A stretch of DNA of 64,000 nucleotides. Source: an uncultured Verrucomicrobiota bacterium. GTDB taxonomy: Bacteria; Verrucomicrobiota; Verrucomicrobiia; Opitutales; Opitutaceae. The DNA lies in NCBI GenBank assembly GCA_913058185.1, contig CAJXQX010000008.1:8031-72030 (forward strand), in the 5' to 3' direction. Positions 58,080 to 64,000 of the stretch are shown here, in pieces; position 1 is the first letter of the stretch; every line of letters starts with the position of its first letter. A model generated the notes under the pieces. That model was not told the DNA's origin, did not search any database, and saw only the letters and a list, made by a program, of their open reading frames with translations. The translations under genes and the position numbers were made by a program.

Positions 58080-61007
58080 TTGATCGGAGTGGAGTTAGGG
58101 TTCCGGCGATTTGCGCTCTTGGCCATTTTCCCTACGGCAATCGGCGCGGTTACGTTGTTGCAGGATGCCACCGGCAGCGACTTCGGGCTCGACGAGCTGT
58201 TGTTCAATTACTTCCCGCTCACCGCTGGGGCGAACGACGGGCGCATGTCTCCCCCCGTTTCGGTAGCCCTCCTGCTCTCGAGTCTTCTCGTCATGAGTTT
58301 GGCGAGACCTCGAGTCGGCAAACGGCAAACGCTCGTTTTGGCACTCGTTGCCTCGATCGTCCTCTCGATGGGTGCGGCCAATTTGCTGGGCTACACGCTC
58401 GATCTGACTCTAGCCTACCGTTGGGGCTATTTGCACGATACTTCACCGCTCGCCGCCATCGCGGTCGCCTTGATGGGCATTGCTTTGCTCGCGCAACCTT
58501 GGCGAGAACACAACCTCACCGGCGCGGGGGCACCGAGTTGGTTGCCTCTTCCAGTCGTGGTGGGTTCCGCGACCATGACCCTCATCCTTTACATGGGCCT
58601 GGGGGACCAAGAACTGGTCCGATTACGGGATGCCACCAATCGAAGTGCCGTGAGTCTAGCACGAGAAGTGGAAGATTTGATGACGGCTCAGACCAACCAA
58701 TTTGGCTATTTCGCGCGGGAATGGTCCCATGAAGAAAAGACGGCCGTGCTCAGAGGAATCGAAGCGGAATCATTCTTGCGCACCAATGGTGGAGGTCGAG
58801 CCGGCCAATCGCTCTCCCTGGTTTCTCTGCTGCCCGAGCTAAAAACCCGGGAAGTCTACCCGGCCGCAGGCAACGAACACCTCGCGAGCTTCGAACACAG
58901 CTCCAACCCCACCCGCGTCGCCGCCGTGCACCGCTCCCTTTCCACCTCTAGCGCTCCCGTCATTACGGGCACCCTCGATTTGGAACTCTATGGGCCCGGC
59001 TACGCGATCTACGTGCCGATGAAGCGCGACAATCAACTTTGGGGCTTTCTCGTCGCTTCCCGGACCGACAATTTGGTGATGATCTCCACCCCTGATGGCA
59101 AAGTTGACTGGGTGAATGAGAGTTTCACACGCGTGATGGAATTCGATCTGGACGAAATCTACGGCAAGACACCCGACACATTCCTCCTCGGCCCGGAATC
59201 GCGTAAACGTGATGTCGTTCGCATCAAAGCGGCTATGGCTCGAGGCCAAGGTGTGACTTCAGACATCGTCAATTACTCCAAATCTGGCCGGAAGTATCAC
59301 CTGCATTTGGAGATTCAACCGATCTACGGCGAGAACGGCGAAATCGAAACTTATATTGCGATCTTGGCCGACATCACGACCCGTGTCGCCACCGAGCACG
59401 CCCTACGTCTGGCCAAGACCGAGGCCGACCATGCCTCTCGCTCGAAGTCCGAGTTCCTGGCTTCCATGTCGCACGAAATCCGCACCCCGATGAACGGCGT
59501 GATTGGCATGACCAGCCTGTTGATGGATACCGCGCTGGATCCGAAACAACGGGATTTCGTCAATACCATCCGCACGTCGGGCGAAGCGCTGCTCACCATC
59601 ATCAACGATATTCTCGATTTTTCGAAGATCGAATCGGGCAAGATGCACCTAGAGCAACTTCCGTTCGATTTGCCCAACTGTGTCGAAGAAGCCTTGGAAC
59701 TATTCTCGATGCAGGCTTCGACCAAGAACCTCGATTTGGCCTACCTCATCGCGGAAGACGTTCCTCCGTGGATCATCGGCGATGTAACGCGCCTCCGTCA
59801 GATTCTCGTGAACTTGGTCAACAACGCCATCAAGTTCACCCTCAGGGGCAGCATCACCATCACCGTTCGCAAGAAACAACGTCCGCACTCGGGTAAAACC
59901 GACGAAAGTTACCAACTCGAGTTTACCATCGCCGATTCTGGCATCGGTATTCCGAAAGATCGCATCTCGCGACTCTTCAAAGCCTTTAGTCAGGTCGACT
60001 CCTCAACCACGCGTAAATACAGCGGAACTGGACTGGGACTCGCGATCTGTCATCGCCTCACCGAAATCATGGGAGGATCGATTCATGCCGAAAGCATGGA
60101 AGGCGAAGGCACTCAGTTCATCTTCGATATTTCGACATCTGCGGCCCACGCACTCAACGCGGACCCTGCTCCTTCATTGCCCAAAATGATCGCCGAGGCC
60201 CCTGTGCTGGTGGTCGAAGACAACGCGATTGGTCGTCAACACCTGCAAGAGTTCTTCCAAAATTGGCGAACCAAAGCGAACACTGCGAGCAGGGTAAACG
60301 AAACCGCTCAACTGCTGCAATCGGGCCGCGTGCATGGATTGGTCCTACTCGATCAAGAGGTGATCAGCCAACCCGGTGGCGAAGAACTCCTCAAAGTAGT
60401 CGAAGAGAAGAAAATTCCGACCCTCGTTCTACTTTCACCCGGCCCTGAAGGGGCTCATATCAGGCTGAACCCGCCGAAGATTATTTCGATCAATAAACCA
60501 GTGAGAACCAACACTCTCATTCGACGGGTGCAGTCCCTCCTCGATGCCACCCCGGTGAATGTCGCGGTGAAACCGGTAGCTACGGCAAAATTAGCCGAAG
60601 AGTTCCCTCTCACCGTGCTCCTCGTAAAGGACAATCTGGTAAACCAAAAGGTGGCCGCCCGATTCCTTGATCGACTGGGTTACGAATCCGATATCGCCAA
60701 CAACGGCCTCGAAGGATTCAACGCGGTTCAAAATAAAAAATACGATCTGGTTCTGATGGACTTACAGATGCCCGAAATGGACGGTTTCACCTCTTCACGG
60801 GAAATTCGCCAAAAAATCCCCGCCGAAGAACAGCCCAAAATCATCGCTCTCACCGCCAACGCCCTGCAAGGCGACCGTGAGCTTTGCCTCGAGGCAGGGA
60901 TGGACGATTACATCACCAAACCCGTGAAAATCCACGAGCTCCGGGAAGTGATCCGCCGTCAATTTGCGGCAGTTCCCGGCAGAGAAGTCCCCACGGCTGA
61001 AGCTTAA
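58080..61007 (+). CDS. Hybrid sensor histidine kinase / response regulator (N-terminus interrupted, see findings)
   Basis: Membrane sensor repeats, then a PAS-like region. H-box SHEIRTPMNG, G2 box GTGLGLAICH. A degenerate receiver is followed by the canonical receiver DLVLMDLQMPEMDG. Confidence 0.85.
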   Translation: MIGVELGFRRFALLAIFPTAIGAVTLLQDATGSDFGLDELLFNYFPLTAGANDGRMSPPVSVALLLSSLLVMSLARPRVGKRQTLVLALVASIVLSMGAANLLGYTLDLTLAYRWGYLHDTSPLAAIAVALMGIALLAQPWREHNLTGAGAPSWLPLPVVVGSATMTLILYMGLGDQELVRLRDATNRSAVSLAREVEDLMTAQTNQFGYFAREWSHEEKTAVLRGIEAESFLRTNGGGRAGQSLSLVSLLPELKTREVYPAAGNEHLASFEHSSNPTRVAAVHRSLSTSSAPVITGTLDLELYGPGYAIYVPMKRDNQLWGFLVASRTDNLVMISTPDGKVDWVNESFTRVMEFDLDEIYGKTPDTFLLGPESRKRDVVRIKAAMARGQGVTSDIVNYSKSGRKYHLHLEIQPIYGENGEIETYIAILADITTRVATEHALRLAKTEADHASRSKSEFLASMSHEIRTPMNGVIGMTSLLMDTALDPKQRDFVNTIRTSGEALLTIINDILDFSKIESGKMHLEQLPFDLPNCVEEALELFSMQASTKNLDLAYLIAEDVPPWIIGDVTRLRQILVNLVNNAIKFTLRGSITITVRKKQRPHSGKTDESYQLEFTIADSGIGIPKDRISRLFKAFSQVDSSTTRKYSGTGLGLAICHRLTEIMGGSIHAESMEGEGTQFIFDISTSAAHALNADPAPSLPKMIAEAPVLVVEDNAIGRQHLQEFFQNWRTKANTASRVNETAQLLQSGRVHGLVLLDQEVISQPGGEELLKVVEEKKIPTLVLLSPGPEGAHIRLNPPKIISINKPVRTNTLIRRVQSLLDATPVNVAVKPVATAKLAEEFPLTVLLVKDNLVNQKVAARFLDRLGYESDIANNGLEGFNAVQNKKYDLVLMDLQMPEMDGFTSSREIRQKIPAEEQPKIIALTANALQGDRELCLEAGMDDYITKPVKIHELREVIRRQFAAVPGREVPTAEA

Positions 61008-61136
61008 GTGACCGCGCTCCGGCGCCTCAGCACAAGTTCCAGTCTACAGTTCGACTGTTTAACGTACAGTAGAGCTCGCTTTCTATTAATTCTGAAACCT
61101 GGTTTCCCTGTGACCTTTTAACCCCTCTATATCACC

Positions 61137-62255
61137 ATGCGTCGCAATTCGAACACCCCGTCCCTCGGCCGCATCGCAGAACAAGCTGGCGTATCACGTG
61201 CCGCTGTCTCAATGTCGCTGCGTAACCACCCCAGAATACCCAGCTCCACTCGCGAACGTATTCAGAAAATCGCCAAAGAGTTGGGTTGGAAGCCCAACCC
61301 ACTTCTAGCGGAGGCCATGAGCGCCATTCGCGCGGGCCAGCCTCCCGTTGATCGTGTAACGCTCGCTTGGATAACCACCGGCCCTCGCCGGGATGATTGG
61401 CAGTCCAGCAATTTCGATGTGCGTTGTCACGCGGGTGCAGTAGAACGGGCGGAAAACGCGGGTTACCGGCTCGAGACATTTTGGATGGGCGATGCCAACA
61501 ACAACCCCGATCGCCTGGGTGACATTCTCTACAACCGGGGCATCGTCGGTGTCCTAGTCGCCCCCTTGCGCGAACCTGACAACCTTCCGATGCAGTGGGA
61601 ACGCTTCGCGGCAGCTACGGTTGCGCACACGTTGATTTCGCCGCGACTACACTCCGCCAACGACAACCACGCGGCTGGCATGCGGGTCTGTGTCGCTCGA
61701 CTACACGCCTGTAATCGTCGACGCGTCGGCTTGGCTCTCTCGGCGAAACTTGATCACCGGGTAGCTGATCTTTGGTCCGCCGGGTATCTGCTTGAGACCT
61801 TCGAAGAAGGCCTGGCTGATCCCAAATTACTCCATCGCCCCGAGGAAGAAGTAGATGAGGCAAACTTCATCCGCTGGGTCAAAAAAGCCAAACCCGATGC
61901 CATCATCGGCACCAAGTGCCAAATTCCTGAGTGGTTGGAACAGGCCGGCTACAATGTGCCCAAAGACATCGCCTACGCCGGCCTCGATCTGAACTCCTCC
62001 AATGGCGAAACCGCCGGCATTTTCCAAGATGCTCGAGCCATTGGGGCAAGCGCGATCGATATGATTGCCGGTCAGCTACTCCGCCACGAACGCGGTATTC
62101 CAGAAAAACCCAAGACCAGCATCATCGACGGCCATTGGATCCAAGGCGCCACCATGCCCAAGAAAGTCCATAACCAAGACCTCATCGATCGAGCCGAACG
62201 CCTTCTTTATAATTCAGGCGACCCCGAATCCACCCGCCCCGTCGTCTACGATTGA
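61137..62255 (+). CDS. LacI family transcriptional regulator
   Basis: N-terminal HTH LGRIAEQAGVSRAAVSMSLRNHP plus a periplasmic-binding-protein-like effector domain. Confidence 0.9.
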   Translation: MRRNSNTPSLGRIAEQAGVSRAAVSMSLRNHPRIPSSTRERIQKIAKELGWKPNPLLAEAMSAIRAGQPPVDRVTLAWITTGPRRDDWQSSNFDVRCHAGAVERAENAGYRLETFWMGDANNNPDRLGDILYNRGIVGVLVAPLREPDNLPMQWERFAAATVAHTLISPRLHSANDNHAAGMRVCVARLHACNRRRVGLALSAKLDHRVADLWSAGYLLETFEEGLADPKLLHRPEEEVDEANFIRWVKKAKPDAIIGTKCQIPEWLEQAGYNVPKDIAYAGLDLNSSNGETAGIFQDARAIGASAIDMIAGQLLRHERGIPEKPKTSIIDGHWIQGATMPKKVHNQDLIDRAERLLYNSGDPESTRPVVYD

Positions 62256-63412
62256 GCCGAAGAATCCGCGAGATTTTCCCGCTCCGTCGGATCTTTCTCT
62301 AGGTCAAATTCCAACCACGGGGAATCATCTGCCAAATGGATGACTTTACGATCCGCCGAGCGCCAGCCCGACCAAATTCGATCTGCTTGATCCGGTAGTT
62401 TCACCACCGAAGGCATGGAAATCGGCGCTTGTTCTCGGTTACAAACCCACGCGCGACCCGCGCTCCAGTTGCGAGTCATTGCAGGTAGATCAAGCAAGGA
62501 AACGGACGCCGGGTTAATCGATCCTGTTTCTGCGCCTGGCGCTCCAGCTACGATAAATGGCACCCGAACACTTTCTTCGTAAGGCCACCCTTTGCGGAAC
62601 CGACCGTGCGAACCATGCATGTCTCCATGCACCGAGGTTACGATTACCACGACATCTTCCGGTAGCTCGGACACGAGTCGCGCGATAGCACGATCCGTCG
62701 CGGCGATATGTCGATAGTAACCGACAAGATCCTGCCGGGCGCGGACCGTCGCCGAGTCAGGCACATTCTCCCGGAGTAGAATAGAGGACATTTCCAATTC
62801 TTCGATACCTACGGGTGTTGCTGCGTTATAAGGAGGATGCGGGGCCTCAAGATCTATTACCGCAAACCACGATTGATCCTGCTCGTGAATCCACGCCGCG
62901 GTTCGATCCACCAACACATCACTTTGATATCCGGTAATCTGCACGGGCTCGGCCAGCCGCGTGCCATGCAACCACGGATCATTGAGTAGAAAGCCGCTCT
63001 CAAACCCCTCCCAAAACTCGAATCCCCCTCGATCAGCCTCGGGCACAATCTGCCGCGCATGAACTTCTCCAACCAACGGGGCTTTCGGGTCACGACGACT
63101 CAAATGCCACTTCCCAAAATGCGCGGTCCGGTGACCAGCCTCTTTCATCTCGTGCGCAATCGTGCGTGCGGAACGGGGTAGTGGATCGAAGTAATCACGC
63201 ACACCGTTCTCGGGTGACGGCACACCCGTAAGCATGGCAGCCCGGGCAAATGGACCGAAGGGATGCGGAGTGGTGGCTTGACTATAACTCACCCCGCGAG
63301 CCGCCAATTCCACCAGACCAGGCGTGTGAACATTCGGATCATCACCGCCACTCCAAGCCTGTCCCCGCCACTGGGTGGCTACTACCCATAGAACCGATCG
63401 ACGAGGTTTCAT
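62246..63412 (-). CDS. Sulfatase-fold protein lacking catalytic residues (pseudo-sulfatase), leaderless
   Basis: Clear S1 scaffold (HFGKWHL, PYEESVRVPFIV, DLEKDPTE). However, DD is replaced by VVATQW, the C-x-P-x-R motif reads FGPFAR-AAMLTG, and SDHG reads SVHG. Confidence 0.8.
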   Translation of the reverse strand: MKPRRSVLWVVATQWRGQAWSGGDDPNVHTPGLVELAARGVSYSQATTPHPFGPFARAAMLTGVPSPENGVRDYFDPLPRSARTIAHEMKEAGHRTAHFGKWHLSRRDPKAPLVGEVHARQIVPEADRGGFEFWEGFESGFLLNDPWLHGTRLAEPVQITGYQSDVLVDRTAAWIHEQDQSWFAVIDLEAPHPPYNAATPVGIEELEMSSILLRENVPDSATVRARQDLVGYYRHIAATDRAIARLVSELPEDVVVIVTSVHGDMHGSHGRFRKGWPYEESVRVPFIVAGAPGAETGSINPASVSLLDLPAMTRNWSAGRAWVCNREQAPISMPSVVKLPDQADRIWSGWRSADRKVIHLADDSPWLEFDLEKDPTERENLADSSAQS

Positions 63413-63540
63413 ATCGGTCCACGTTGTCCCGCCATCGTAAGCGCAGGCCAGACATTCAATTTGGGCGAAATTCCACTACTCATAGAGAAGTAGACTATCG
63501 GGTTGCGGACTGCCCGACGCAAACTCACCTTTCCCGACTC

Positions 63541-64000
63541 ATGGTTCTGCCCATAGTTCAATTTAACGATCCCGTATTGCGCCAAAAGGGAGCCCCAGTC
63601 ACTGACTTCGACTCCGATCTCGCCCAGCTCGCCGACAACATGGTCGATACCATGCACGAGGCGCTGGGTATCGGTCTGGCTGCCCAGCAAGTTGGTCGCG
63701 CCATAAAATTTTGCGTGATCGACCTCTCGCAAGCTCCCCGTGAGTTCGATTGGCAACTCGACGGCATGTCCACCCCACTCGATCTCATCATGCCGATGGC
63801 TATGGCTAACCCGACGGTTGAGTTCCCGGCTGGCGAAGACACCGTTTACGAAGAAGGATGCCTGTCATTTCCTGGCATCAACGGTGATGTCGTCCGCCCC
63901 GACCAGATTCGGGTCAGTTTTCAGGATGTGAGCGGCACGGCCCACACCATGACGTGCAACGGTCTCTTGGGACGTTGTATCCAACATGAAGTCGATCACC
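63541..64000 (+). CDS. def: Peptide deformylase, 3' end cut by window edge
   Basis: Not in the ORF track because there is no stop in the window. My translation from ATG 63541 is MVLPIVQFNDPVLRQKG...GIGLAAQQVG...EEGCLSFPG...IQHEVDH, which carries all three deformylase motifs. Confidence 0.9.
   Translation, partial: MVLPIVQFNDPVLRQKGAPVTDFDSDLAQLADNMVDTMHEALGIGLAAQQVGRAIKFCVIDLSQAPREFDWQLDGMSTPLDLIMPMAMANPTVEFPAGEDTVYEEGCLSFPGINGDVVRPDQIRVSFQDVSGTAHTMTCNGLLGRCIQHEVDH

Noticed and set aside
63409-63842. Two minus-strand ORFs (115 and 94 aa) at the right edge.
   Set aside because: They overlap the plus-strand peptide deformylase reading frame, which has all three signature motifs.
1-64000. Scan for tRNA, rRNA, tmRNA, RNase P or riboswitch-like sequences in the larger gaps (4615-4961, 7952-8327, 16570-17027, 18290-18569, 28082-28654, 31683-32026).
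   Set aside because: I saw no T-loop or anticodon-arm pattern and no conserved riboswitch core. Absence by eye is weak evidence, so a covariance-model scan is still advisable.

Overview
This is a coding-dense, GC-rich window. I recognised no rRNA, tRNA, CRISPR array, transposase or integrase. All family calls come from reading motifs in the supplied translations, because I could run no searches.

Gene content looks like a sulfated-glycan-degrading member of the PVC superphylum, possibly a marine Verrucomicrobiota (inference only):
- Nine S1-sulfatase-family genes: one cut by the left edge, six exported, one leaderless, one catalytically degenerate.
- A GH29 alpha-L-fucosidase, two SASA-type O-acetylesterases (one decayed) and an SGNH hydrolase.
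- A TonB-dependent receptor with no SusD partner, and a Na+/solute symporter.
- Several exported redox enzymes: a cytochrome c-PQQ sugar dehydrogenase fusion, a TAT-exported Gfo/Idh/MocA oxidoreductase, DUF1080, a PVC-type heme-binding protein and an IorB/IorA-like molybdoenzyme.
- Elsewhere: a five-gene ABC/GldG/DUF4340/AsmA-like envelope operon, a hybrid sensor kinase, a LacI regulator, GNATs, an M61 peptidase and a PhoD-like phosphatase. Peptide deformylase runs off the right edge and is absent from the ORF track.

Observations I rate highest:
1. A sulfatase homolog that has lost the formylglycine nucleophile and metal ligands, converging on the LacI gene.
2. A 56-nt perfect direct repeat bracketing a single sulfatase gene.
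3. A symporter paired with a leaderless sulfatase, suggesting cytoplasmic desulfation.
4. A sulfatase with C-x-P-x-L in place of C-x-P-x-R.
5. An in-frame TAG splitting the sensor domain of the hybrid kinase.
6. Several decayed genes: an internally deleted esterase, a frameshifted GNAT and start-less relics.
7. At least four families of palindromic intergenic repeats.

I did not find a clear-cut novel multi-gene system such as a defence island. The candidates above are hypotheses that need database and structural checks.
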